From a bacterium (GTDB taxonomy: Bacteria; Hydrothermota; 32-111), in assembly GCA_050239825.1 (NCBI GenBank), contig JBFXGO010000004.1, positions 9,075 to 73,074 of the forward strand: 64,000 bases of DNA. The letters are read 5' to 3'. The translations under genes were made by a program, and so were the position numbers. Below the pieces are notes generated by a model, which saw only the letters and a program-made list of their open reading frames with translations, had not been told where the DNA came from and made no database searches. Of this stretch, positions 48,370 to 58,023 are shown piece by piece (positions within the stretch are counted from its first letter, which is position 1; each line of letters begins with the position of its first letter).

Positions 48370-49610
48370 TAATTCAGTTACGAGTTTCGGGTTGCGGGTT
48401 ACGAGTTTAAATACAATAGGACAGATGATTAAATGACTTGTCTTTACATTTCCGAGGAAAAATTCCAGTACAGCCAGCAAAACAGCCGTGAGCCGTGTGC
48501 CATGTGCCTTGAGCTTAATACGGGGAGTTGAGTAAGATTTTGCCTTTACATTTCCGAATGAGAAGCCTGTCCACAGCGCTCGTCTTTTCAATGCTTCTCA
48601 TGAGGACAATCAATTAAATAACTTATTGATACACGAAAGCTACAAGTCGGCGAGGACGCTTCGCGCAGACGCCCATCAAGTGGTTCTCTCCTCGCTCCGC
48701 TAACCCATCTTGATATAGCGGCGAAGCGGAGTGTGCGAGCCGACGCTATGCCCGCGTGCAGCCAGCAAAACAGCCCTGAGCCGTGTGCCATGTGCCATGA
48801 GCTTAATACGGGGAGTTGAGTAAGATTTTGCCTTTACATTTCCGAATGAGAAGCCTGTCCACAGCGCTCGTCTTTTCAATGCTTCTCATGAGGACAATCA
48901 ATTAGATAACTTATTGATACACGAAAGCTACAAGTCGGCGAGGACGCTTCGCGCAGACGCCCATCAAGTGGTTCTCTCCTTGCTCCGCTAACCCATCTTG
49001 ATATAGCGGCGAAGCGGAGTGTGCGAGCCGACGCTATGCCCGCGTGCAGCCCCAGTTCAATCTTCAATTATCAATCAACAATAAAATGATAGACCCTTCA
49101 CGATAGTCATAACCACAGAGGCGTTCAGGGTGACACGGTTGAGTAAGATTTTGTCTTTACAATAATCTTCACAAAGTTCTGGTGCAACCCGAGGCGTCTA
49201 TCATGTGCGTTCGCGCACATTACACCCTCGCCAATGTGGGGACATTCCTTCGGTGTGTCCCCACTGCAACATTCAATTAATTAACTTATTGATACACGAA
49301 AGCTACAAGTCGGCGAGGACGCTCCGCGAAGACGCCCATCAAGTGGTTCTCTCCTTGCTCCGCTAACCCATCTTGATATAGCGGCGAAGCGGAGTGTGCG
49401 AGCCGACGCTATGCCCGCGTGCAGCCCCAGTTCAATCTTCAATTATCAATCAACAATAAAATGATAGACCCTTCACGATAGTCATAACCATAGAGGCGTT
49501 CAGGGTGACACGGTTGAGTCATAACCATAGAGGCGTTCAGGGTGACACTATTGAGTCATAACCACAGAGGCGTTCAGGGTGACACGGTTGAGTAAGATTT
49601 TGTCTTTACA
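48370..49610. repeat. Mosaic intergenic array of structured repeat modules
   Basis: 154 bp module at 48610, 48898, 49273; 24 bp module at 48527, 48815, 49138, 49587; 37 bp unit at 49106, 49481, 49518, 49555; 288 bp tandem duplication 48471/48759. Confidence 0.95.
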
Positions 49611-49631
49611 GACTGGTGTTCAAGCTGACGC

Positions 49632-50384
49632 TTACTCTTCTAACAACCTCAAAATTCCGTTTATAACTGTCAAAGGGTGCACAGGACAACCGGGTATGTA
49701 TAAATCAATTTTATGATTTTTCATAAATTCTCTATTCAATGCATCTGACCCTGAAAAGATTCCACCGCTAATTGCGCATGCTCCTGCCAGTATGATGATT
49801 TTAGGTTCAGGCACTGCTTTGTATGTCTCCTCAAGCGCCTCTGCCATATTCTCACTCACCGGTCCCGTTATTATTATGCCGTCTGCATGGCGCGGGCTTG
49901 CCACAATATCCACTCCGAATCTTCCCATATCAAAATTGACATTTGAACACGCATTAAGTTCCATCTCACATCCATTGCATCCTCCGGCTGAGACTGAGCG
50001 AAGTTTCAATGATTTTTTGAAGATTTTTTTTATGTCGGCTCTTGTTTTAATGGCGTCTCTGAACCTAATCTTATATTCAGTATTTGCCGTCACTATAAGC
50101 TTCTCCCTCGAATCGCATGAAATTCTGTGCTCATCAGTAAATTTCACAATATTCTCCCCGAGCTTTCTTTCGCACTTCCCGCAGAAAGTGCATTTGCCGA
50201 GGTCTATCGAGAATGGCGCATTTAAAATTGCATCGGCAGGGCAGAGACCCTCTATTTCGCTTTTGATTAGATTCTCTTTCTTAATTTCAGGGAATCCCCT
50301 GAACATCTCATTGACTTTTGCATTTTTAACATCAGGTATAAACTGACGCCCCTGTCTTAATGATATTTTTATGTTTTCAAACAT
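49632..50384 (-). CDS. Hydrogenase-4/Ehr small subunit (HyfI/NuoB-like) with an N-terminal ferredoxin-like segment
   Basis: CPADAI, CTFCGKC, GGCNGCE, SPRHAD, GACA, PGCP. Confidence 0.9.
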   Translation of the reverse strand: MFENIKISLRQGRQFIPDVKNAKVNEMFRGFPEIKKENLIKSEIEGLCPADAILNAPFSIDLGKCTFCGKCERKLGENIVKFTDEHRISCDSREKLIVTANTEYKIRFRDAIKTRADIKKIFKKSLKLRSVSAGGCNGCEMELNACSNVNFDMGRFGVDIVASPRHADGIIITGPVSENMAEALEETYKAVPEPKIIILAGACAISGGIFSGSDALNREFMKNHKIDLYIPGCPVHPLTVINGILRLLEE

Positions 50385-50390
50385 AGCACC

Positions 50391-51902
50391 TCACAGATCA
50401 TTTCCGCAGTATGAAAGGTTAAAACTCTTGTTGCACAGAGGGAAATCCGATATGCCGTTTCCTCTGACAGAGAGAGCAAGCGCGAACCAGTTGTTGAATG
50501 AAGGGTCCTTTATCTTATATCTTGCCCTGTTCTTTTCATCTGTCACAACTGCATGCACGACCTCTCCCCTCCACCCTTCAATAAGAGATATCAGGAATGT
50601 GTTTGATGGAATTTCCATTTTCTCGGGAACCGACACAGATGGAGAATCACCCAGTACCATAAGAAGTTCATTTATATAATTCATTGACTGCTGCATTTCA
50701 AGATACCTCAGATATGCCCTCGCAAAAACATCGCCAGTGTCGAGAGAAAGAGGATGAATCGGATACTTCCTGTATGCTCCGAAAGGATGATCGCTCCTTG
50801 AATCAATCTTCACTCCTGATGCGCGCGCCGCCATGCCGACGAAGCCGCATTCTCGCGCCTGCTTTGCCGTTACTGCCCCAGTATTTTCAAGTCTCGAAAG
50901 AACCGAGGGCGAATCAAACATCTCTTCACACAACTGCTCCATATTTTCCCTGACAATATGAAGATTTTTCTTTATCAGATTTCTCTTTTTTTCTGTTATC
51001 CTGTAATTATTCTTTCCAATTCCTATGAATCCCCTTCCGAACCTGCTTCCGCAGATTGCAAGCATTGTGTTTATCACATAAGTCCTATTTGCTCCTGAGA
51101 CTGCACTCCCTATCATGTATGCCACATCATTGGCTATAGCTCCAATATCTCCTATATGAACTGCGATTCTTTCCATCTCAAGAGCTATCGCTCTCTCAAG
51201 AAGTTCATCTTCCGTCGGTTTAATATCGAGAGTTCCTTCAATTATACTGCTGTACGCATAGGCATTTCCAATCACAGTGTCACCCGTAATCGATTCAGCC
51301 AATTCCATTTTGTCTGTAATATTTCCCTTCAAAAAGAGATTTTCAACCCCTCTGTGCTGGTAACCGAGCTGTATTTCGAGATGAATTATCTTTTCTCCTT
51401 CGCATAAGAATCTGAAATGACCGGGTTCAATAACTCCTGCATGAACAGGACCGACTGCGACCTGATGGATTTCATCGCTTGAAATTGTATAAAAGGGGTA
51501 ATCATAGGTTTTCGCTTTATTATCAAATTTACAGTGCGGATATCTGACCGGCTTTAGGAAAGGATGCCCCTCCGGGACAATCCCCCACTCTTCAAACAAT
51601 TCTCTTTCAAACAAATTGAATGAAGGATGATAATTCGTAAGTGATTCATACTTCATTCTCTGTTTTTCAAAGAGTGTTGAGACGATGTACATCAAAGAGT
51701 TGTTGTCATCGCTCATCACTGCATAAACTCTCACGCTTTCTCCCTCTTTCTTTCCGAACAGAAGTATGCACCTCTTTGATTCATCTACAGATTTTTTTAA
51801 AAATGAGATAAATTCGTTTATGTTAAGATCCGGTATTTCTTTTGTGCTTATTTTTAATCCGTTTTTGATTTTGGTTGATTCCATCATTTTCTCCCAATCC
51901 AA
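50391..51902 (-). CDS. Hydrogenase-4-like large subunit (HyfG/NuoCD-like) without Ni-binding CxxC motifs (EhrL type)
   Basis: GPVHAGVIEPGHF, GYQHRG; ESITGD replaces RxCGxC; SFNLSYCGNDL replaces DPCxxC. Confidence 0.9.
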   Translation of the reverse strand: MDWEKMMESTKIKNGLKISTKEIPDLNINEFISFLKKSVDESKRCILLFGKKEGESVRVYAVMSDDNNSLMYIVSTLFEKQRMKYESLTNYHPSFNLFERELFEEWGIVPEGHPFLKPVRYPHCKFDNKAKTYDYPFYTISSDEIHQVAVGPVHAGVIEPGHFRFLCEGEKIIHLEIQLGYQHRGVENLFLKGNITDKMELAESITGDTVIGNAYAYSSIIEGTLDIKPTEDELLERAIALEMERIAVHIGDIGAIANDVAYMIGSAVSGANRTYVINTMLAICGSRFGRGFIGIGKNNYRITEKKRNLIKKNLHIVRENMEQLCEEMFDSPSVLSRLENTGAVTAKQARECGFVGMAARASGVKIDSRSDHPFGAYRKYPIHPLSLDTGDVFARAYLRYLEMQQSMNYINELLMVLGDSPSVSVPEKMEIPSNTFLISLIEGWRGEVVHAVVTDEKNRARYKIKDPSFNNWFALALSVRGNGISDFPLCNKSFNLSYCGNDL

Positions 51903-53287
51903 TGAGCCGCATTTTCCAGCATCTCCTTAACCGGTTCAGGCATGTAAAATCCAAGCAGGAAACAGACCAGTATAAGAATAATCTGAGGAATATAGCCCGG
52001 CAAACTTTCATCTGACTTCCCGCTCTTTTCTCCTGAAAAGAGCATGGTTATAACCATCTTCATGAAGCCATAGAATAGTGCCGTCAGAAGAACAAGAATA
52101 ACTGCGAGTTCCAGATACATGCTTTTTTCCAGAAGATTCTTCACAAGCAGAAATTCGCTTAGGAACGAGAGAGAGGATGGTATTCCAAGTATTCCGAGAG
52201 CAGATAACAGGAAAATGATTCCCGTTTTCTTCATATCATTGAACACATTTCCCGTCTCATCATAATGTTTTGTTTTGTATTTTTCAAGAATATTTCCTGT
52301 TGTAAGAAATAAGGATGCCTTCATCATTGAATGTCCGAGAAGATGAATCATACCCGCAAGAAGACCCAATCCGCCGCTGCCTAATGACAGGGCTATTATT
52401 CCCATATTCTCCACAGAAGAGTAAGCGAGCATTCTCTTATAGTTCTTAATCCTTAATATGAATACTGTCGAAACGAATATCGAAAGAATGCCCATCACAA
52501 CAAGCATGGTGCCGGCAAAATGCTCTGCATTGAATATGTACATCACCTTCAAAACTCTTATGATTCCTATTAGGGCTGTATTTAGAAGAGTCGCCGACAG
52601 CATCGCGGAAACGGGAGACGGGGCTTCAGAGTGCGCGTCGGGAAGCCAGAAATGCAGAGGAGCAAGACCCATTTTTGTTCCAAATCCTATGAGAATGAAC
52701 AGAAATGATATTTTTAAAAACAGAGGGGTCACTCCGTCGGTGTAATTGTAAAAATCCGCGAAAAAGAGCGAGTCGGCATGCTTGAATGTTATTGATAAAA
52801 ATATTATTCCTAAAAAACCGATAGCTATGCCGATGGAGCATATAAAGACATATTTCCATGCGGCTTCAAGAGAGTGCTTTGTTTTGCTGAAATAAATGAG
52901 AGGCGCAGTGAGTATTGTCGTCGCTTCAAGAAGAACCCAATAAAGTCCGATGTGCTGAGCCATAAGAGATAGCATCATCAGCAAATCAAATAAAATGAAA
53001 CACACTGTATATACAGAGTGCCATGTGTTGTCAGGATTATTTTTCTTTAAAAATTCAACAGAGTAAATTGATGACGCGAAAAAGACAAGCGATAAAACAA
53101 ATAAAAAGGGTTTGTTAAGAGAATCAACAGCAATGAACTTTGTCGAAATCTGATTTACAAACAGAATGTAGAGTGTGAATATCAGATTAATCACGCCGTT
53201 GACAGCGAGCAGTACATAATCAGCGGACCTTCTCCTTAGAAGAGCCGATGCCGATGCAAACAATAAAGGCAAAATAAAATAGTACAT
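51884..53287 (-). CDS. HyfF-like antiporter-type membrane subunit
   Basis: EAAWKY, GTKMGLAPLHFWLPDAHSEAP, KRMLAYSSVE. Confidence 0.9.
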   Translation of the reverse strand: MYYFILPLLFASASALLRRRSADYVLLAVNGVINLIFTLYILFVNQISTKFIAVDSLNKPFLFVLSLVFFASSIYSVEFLKKNNPDNTWHSVYTVCFILFDLLMMLSLMAQHIGLYWVLLEATTILTAPLIYFSKTKHSLEAAWKYVFICSIGIAIGFLGIIFLSITFKHADSLFFADFYNYTDGVTPLFLKISFLFILIGFGTKMGLAPLHFWLPDAHSEAPSPVSAMLSATLLNTALIGIIRVLKVMYIFNAEHFAGTMLVVMGILSIFVSTVFILRIKNYKRMLAYSSVENMGIIALSLGSGGLGLLAGMIHLLGHSMMKASLFLTTGNILEKYKTKHYDETGNVFNDMKKTGIIFLLSALGILGIPSSLSFLSEFLLVKNLLEKSMYLELAVILVLLTALFYGFMKMVITMLFSGEKSGKSDESLPGYIPQIILILVCFLLGFYMPEPVKEMLENAAHWIGRK

Positions 53288-53922
53288 CAGTCCCTCAGGT
53301 CCGTCAGATTGTCTATGTTGTCGTCATTATAACTCTCCTTTATCCTCGAAATAAAAAAGCCTGAAATGAAGACAATCATGAAGAGTTCGAGCAAAACTCC
53401 AAGATTCACGATGAGAGGCATCTCCTTTAAAAGAGAGAGTGAAAACAGAAAGATTCCGTTTTCAAACACCATGTAACCCATTATATGCGTTATCAGCCGT
53501 TTCTTTGTAAGTATAATGTACATTCCGGCGATTATTGAAGAGAATGCCACACCAAAATGAAATGGATTGGAGTAGCTTAAAAGATCTTTTGTATAAAACG
53601 AGAGCAAAAATCCGAATGAAAATATAAGTATCATCGCGAGTATTGAGAAGAAACTTGATATAGAAACATCAACATCCCTTGATGCTTCATTCTGATAAAC
53701 AATTCTTCCGAGTATATATGGAATCAGAATTGTCTTGAAACCGATTGTCTCCAAAAGAATAAATATCAGATTCGGCAGATTTGTCTCTTTCATATTTATA
53801 AGCACAATCAGAAAAAGAATCACACCCTGAGCCGATAGAGCGCCTATATATGCTTTAAGGCGGCTCGTCACCGAAAAGTATATGACTGTTCCCGCGAACA
53901 ATACAAGCAGGGCAAAGTACAT
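53287..53922 (-). CDS. HyfE-like membrane subunit
   Basis: QGVIL, IPYIL, GYMVFENGI, LGVLLE. Confidence 0.85.
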   Translation of the reverse strand: MYFALLVLFAGTVIYFSVTSRLKAYIGALSAQGVILFLIVLINMKETNLPNLIFILLETIGFKTILIPYILGRIVYQNEASRDVDVSISSFFSILAMILIFSFGFLLSFYTKDLLSYSNPFHFGVAFSSIIAGMYIILTKKRLITHIMGYMVFENGIFLFSLSLLKEMPLIVNLGVLLELFMIVFISGFFISRIKESYNDDNIDNLTDLRD

Positions 53923-54839
53923 TACACGCCACCTCCGCGCCCCATAAGGACAGATGCTATTATGAAGAGGGCAATTCCAAAGACAAGAAGCAAAAATTGA
54001 GAAACATAAATCATTTTCAATCTTGCCATTATGGATTCAATCGTTCCTACTATAATTGCGGATACTATGCTTACCGCTATAAATCCTCCAAGAGCAAAGA
54101 GTACCCCTGACTCCATAAATATGACAGAAGAAATCAGAGCTGTGAATATTGTCATTTTGAGATATGTCGCATAATTTATCAGCGCCAAGGAAGGACCCGA
54201 GTGGTCGAGAACCATAACCTCATGGATCATTGTCAATTCAAGGTGCGTATTCGGATCATCAACAGGCACTCTCTTCCCTTCGGACAGTATCATGACAAAG
54301 AATGCCGCAATAGAAAGCAGAGAGGCCACAATCGTATACGAATTTGTAAAATTGAGAGTCGAAATCATCTTCGAAATTGAAGTGTTTCCAGAGAGGTATA
54401 TGAATGATGATAGTATAATGAATAGGGAAGGTTCAATAAATAGAGCAAATGACGCCTCCCTGCTTGCTCCCATTCCTTCAAAACTCGAACCGGTGTCAAG
54501 CGCCGAAAGCAGCATGAAAAAATTGCCGATAGTCATTATATATGCAAAGAATAGGAAATCTCCTTCAAATGAAAGAATGGATTTGTTGAACCCATAAGGA
54601 ACGAACAAAACCGCAGTGAGCACTGAAGAGACATAAAACACTGGACCTACAGAGAACATAAATGAAACAGTCTCTGAAATCATCTCTCTCTTCTTAAAAA
54701 GCTTGATGCAGTCTAACATCGGCTGAAAAACCGATGGACCTTTTCTACCAGCCCACAATGACTTGACCCTATTTATAATTCCCGCAAAGAGAAAAGGCAT
54801 AACGAGAATCATGATTAAAGTGGTAAAAATATTCATCAT
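53922..54839 (-). CDS. HyfC/NuoH-like membrane subunit
   Basis: GRKGP, LDTGSSFEGMGASRE, RVPVDDPNTHLELTMIHE. Confidence 0.92.
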   Translation of the reverse strand: MMNIFTTLIMILVMPFLFAGIINRVKSLWAGRKGPSVFQPMLDCIKLFKKREMISETVSFMFSVGPVFYVSSVLTAVLFVPYGFNKSILSFEGDFLFFAYIMTIGNFFMLLSALDTGSSFEGMGASREASFALFIEPSLFIILSSFIYLSGNTSISKMISTLNFTNSYTIVASLLSIAAFFVMILSEGKRVPVDDPNTHLELTMIHEVMVLDHSGPSLALINYATYLKMTIFTALISSVIFMESGVLFALGGFIAVSIVSAIIVGTIESIMARLKMIYVSQFLLLVFGIALFIIASVLMGRGGGV

Positions 54840-56815
54840 TGCTTAATTATTAATATTAGAAGTGAAATCAACAGAAACAGCAATCCCATAAGAAGATACT
54901 GCTGAGTGGAGCCCTTTTGAATTCCGGAAAATCTGTCAAAGAATCTTTTAAGAAATCCCATTGAGGGTGCTATCAGATACTTTTCAAATACATCCTGCTT
55001 CTCTTTTTCCACACTCATTTTCTTTGGAAAGTACTCCTCTATCTCAGTTTTTGTCCCTCTCTCATTTAAAAGCATTGATGATATATTCCTAAGCGGCTCA
55101 GTATAGGATGATGATTTGTACTGCACTTCCGGTGTTCCTCTGACATAACCGCAATCCCACACCCTCTCGGCTCTTCCAATTCTGCCCTTAAGCATTAGCC
55201 TCCTCAGCATAAAAACAACGGAGAAGATCAGAAGAAACAAAAGAGAACTAAAAGAGATATTCGTAAGAATTCTCTTGAAATAGATTAAAACAAGAGAGTG
55301 CTCTTCCGGAAATGAAGAGTGAATAACTTGGCTTAACAGATTAAATGCCAGTTGAGGAAAAAGACCTGTCAGAAGTATCAACGTCGACATAAGAATCATA
55401 GAAACAAGAGATACCTTCATGTCATCTTTTATGTCATGTGCGAACGAACTCCTTGCGGAGCCGAGAAGCATTATGCCAGATGCTTTCGTGAAACAGACGA
55501 CTGCCATTACTCCGACAAAAGCAATCACTGTCATTGCGCATACTGATATCACCGCAAGGGGCATCACGGATGTTCTTACTCCCTCTACTGCCCCAAAATA
55601 AATCATGAATTCAGATATGAAGCCGCTTAAGAGAGGAAGGCCTGAAATGGCAGCGCTTCCTATTATGAACATGTATGAAGAGTAGGGCATAAGCTTTAAC
55701 AAACCGCCGAGTCTGTTGATGTTTCTCGTATGTGTCTTCAAGTATATGTTGCCTGATGAAAAGAAAAGCAGAGGTTTAAAGATAGAATGGTTTAATGAGT
55801 GAAGCAAAGCTCCGGAAAATCCCAATACTGTCATCATCGGATTTTTATAAGCATTTCCCGCAAGCATCAGTCCTATTCCTATGCCAATTATTCCCATGTT
55901 TTCAATTGAAGAGTAAGCAAGAAGTTTCTTTATGTCATTTTCAAACATCGCATACAGTATACCAATAAGAGCTGTCACCGAAGATATTGATAATACCGCA
56001 AATATAATAACTTTTGACGGAGTTTCAAGCATCAGCGAGAATCTGAGTATGCCGAATATTCCCATCTTCAGCATTATTCCCGACATAAACCCGGATATAT
56101 TTGACACAGATGCAGGATGAGCTTTCGGAAGCCAATTGTGAAACGGGGCAAACCCCGCCTTAATGCCAAATCCGAAAAACAAAAGAAGAAATGCAACCAT
56201 CGCTTTCATCGATTTGTTATTGAGAGAATCTCTGAAAGAGAGCATATTCAAATCACCTGCCATATTAGAAAGAAGCAAAAAACCTGTGAGTATGAAAAGA
56301 AAACCTATGTGCATATAGACAAAATACTCAAGCCCGGCTCTCCTGACATCCTCTTTGCCTCCCTCAAACATAATTGCCAGAAATGATGTGAGAGACATGA
56401 CCTCCCACACCATCAAAAAAGCAAAGATGTTTTGCATAGTCAGAAGCAATACCATGGATAGTATAAGAAAATTGAATGAAAGGTACAAAAGAACAAATTG
56501 ATTTTTGTTCTGATACTCTTTAAGATAATCAATAGAGTAAAGCGATGTGAAAATAGCGCCAAGATAAGTTATTAAAAGGAAGAATGCTGAAAGAGGGTCT
56601 ATTCTTACAATTATGTCGCCGACAGGGCTAAATGAGAATAAGAGAGTCTCAGTGGTGCATCCTCTGATGACAGATTCAAGCGCAGGAATCATTCCGATTG
56701 TTGAAGAGACAAGAATCAGCGCAAACGAATAGAGAGGTTTTTTATTGTTGCTCACTTTCAAGCCGCAGATAGTTCCCACAAAAAGTATGACAGAGGAAAT
56801 GATATACAACTTCAA
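54836..56815 (-). CDS. HyfB-like antiporter-type membrane subunit
   Basis: WEVMSL, KAGFAPFHNWLPKAHP, KKLLAYSSIEN, WDCGY. Confidence 0.92.
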   Translation of the reverse strand: MKLYIISSVILFVGTICGLKVSNNKKPLYSFALILVSSTIGMIPALESVIRGCTTETLLFSFSPVGDIIVRIDPLSAFFLLITYLGAIFTSLYSIDYLKEYQNKNQFVLLYLSFNFLILSMVLLLTMQNIFAFLMVWEVMSLTSFLAIMFEGGKEDVRRAGLEYFVYMHIGFLFILTGFLLLSNMAGDLNMLSFRDSLNNKSMKAMVAFLLLFFGFGIKAGFAPFHNWLPKAHPASVSNISGFMSGIMLKMGIFGILRFSLMLETPSKVIIFAVLSISSVTALIGILYAMFENDIKKLLAYSSIENMGIIGIGIGLMLAGNAYKNPMMTVLGFSGALLHSLNHSIFKPLLFFSSGNIYLKTHTRNINRLGGLLKLMPYSSYMFIIGSAAISGLPLLSGFISEFMIYFGAVEGVRTSVMPLAVISVCAMTVIAFVGVMAVVCFTKASGIMLLGSARSSFAHDIKDDMKVSLVSMILMSTLILLTGLFPQLAFNLLSQVIHSSFPEEHSLVLIYFKRILTNISFSSLLFLLIFSVVFMLRRLMLKGRIGRAERVWDCGYVRGTPEVQYKSSSYTEPLRNISSMLLNERGTKTEIEEYFPKKMSVEKEKQDVFEKYLIAPSMGFLKRFFDRFSGIQKGSTQQYLLMGLLFLLISLLILIIKQ

Positions 56816-57480
56816 AATTTCTCCTGCATCAATTGCTTTTCAATTTCAAAGAGAAGTTCGTCTTTGTTCGGTTTTTTGCTGAGAAGTTCCGCAAATTCGC
56901 TTCTCTGTATAATGTAAGAGAGCAAAGAGAGGGTTTTCAAATGGTTTTTATGATTTGATGTTATTATAATAAACAGAGTATGCAGATACTCTTTTTTTTC
57001 GCCGTAGACGAAGGGTGTCTTTAAAAAGCAGACTGCCACAAGAGAATTTTCGGCATCGGTGATTATGGGTTTCTTCGGATGCGGCACAGCAACGCCCTGT
57101 CCTATGTAGGTGGGAATCATCTCCTCTCTCTCTAATAAAAATGAAAGGAGAAGATTCTTATCCACAGAGTTTGAAAGAGGCAAAAGTGAAATGGCATTCG
57201 AGAGGACACTCTTTATGTCACTTCCTTCAATATTATAGTAAATTCCGCCGTTTTTTATTAGCTCGGCAAGAAATGCAGGTTTTTCAATATTTTGTAATTT
57301 TATGAATTCACTTGTCAGAGATGCCCTTCTGTTAAGAATCCACTCGCTTATCTCTCCCTTATTAAATCTGTACTGCTTATTTATCATATAGAAAGGAATC
57401 TCATTCCTCTTTATGAGGCCTATGATATCCTTTTCGGATAGTTTGAGTAACAATGATATATCTTTAACTCTTAAATCCAT
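56812..57480 (-). CDS. Excisionase-type HTH fused to PTS EIIA(Ntr-like), putative regulator; start revised to ATG 57480
   Basis: VKDISLLL..EIPFYMINKQYRF; PTYIGQGVAVPH; AAGGA SD. The track's TTG start lies inside the promoter. Confidence 0.85.
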   Translation of the reverse strand: MDLRVKDISLLLKLSEKDIIGLIKRNEIPFYMINKQYRFNKGEISEWILNRRASLTSEFIKLQNIEKPAFLAELIKNGGIYYNIEGSDIKSVLSNAISLLPLSNSVDKNLLLSFLLEREEMIPTYIGQGVAVPHPKKPIITDAENSLVAVCFLKTPFVYGEKKEYLHTLFIIITSNHKNHLKTLSLLSYIIQRSEFAELLSKKPNKDELLFEIEKQLMQEKF

Positions 57481-57502
57481 CTTTTTCCTTCTTGGAATTG
57501 AA

Positions 57503-57530
57503 ATTATAGACAATTATCTATAAATGTCAA
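57503..57530 (-). promoter_or_regulatory. Sigma70-type promoter of the Ehr operon
   Basis: TTGACA-N16-TATAAT. Confidence 0.7.
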
Positions 57531-57553
57531 GCGACATTGTTTACCAAAAGTGA

Positions 57554-57668
57554 TGTGCGAGACGGCGCTACACCCGAGTGCAGCCACCAAAGCAGCCTTC
57601 AATAATAAAAGATAATTCAGTTACGAGTTTCGGGTTACGGGTTACGAGTTATGAGTTTAAATACAATA
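57554..57668. repeat. Further copies of modules from the 48.4-49.6 kb array
   Basis: 57554-57586 matches the 3' end of the 154 bp module; 57613-57668 matches 48370-48418 with one extra heptamer. Confidence 0.85.
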
Positions 57669-57925
57669 TGTATCGAGACTTGTCAAGGAAGTTGTGTAAA
57701 GAGGGATTAGTATTCATAAGGGAGTTCTCCAAAGAGATTAACGAAGGATTGGCGGAGGTAATATAATTTAGCAATGATTTTAGGATAACCGTTTTTCCAT
57801 TTAGGTAACGGATATAAATATTAATGAAGAGGATGTCTTCGGATTGGAAGAATCCGCCCTTTTGCTATCGCAAAGTACGGTGTGAAATATAATCGTGACC
57901 ATTACAATACTATTATGCAAACTTC

Positions 57926-57954
57926 TTGACAAAGTGGGCGCAATACAATATGAT
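57926..57954 (+). promoter_or_regulatory. Sigma70-type promoter of the LVIVD gene
   Basis: TTGACA-N17-TATGAT. Confidence 0.6.
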
Positions 57955-58023
57955 TAAAATGATTAATAAAAAGGAGATGGTTTTGAAAAAGAAATTAGAA
58001 GGAGTATTTAAACAGGAGGAATT

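Noticed and set aside
48349..49067. Short ORFs 48349-48591, 48588-48791 and 48876-49067
   Set aside because: They are translations of the repeat modules with no SD, differing starts and no recognisable domain.
49481..49610. Possible CRISPR array (37 bp units)
   Set aside because: Units are contiguous with no unique spacers, and no cas genes are in the window.
50391..51902. Functional [NiFe]-hydrogenase, or selenocysteine recoding
   Set aside because: Ni-binding motifs are absent, there is no in-frame TGA at those sites, and TGA is used as a normal stop across the window.
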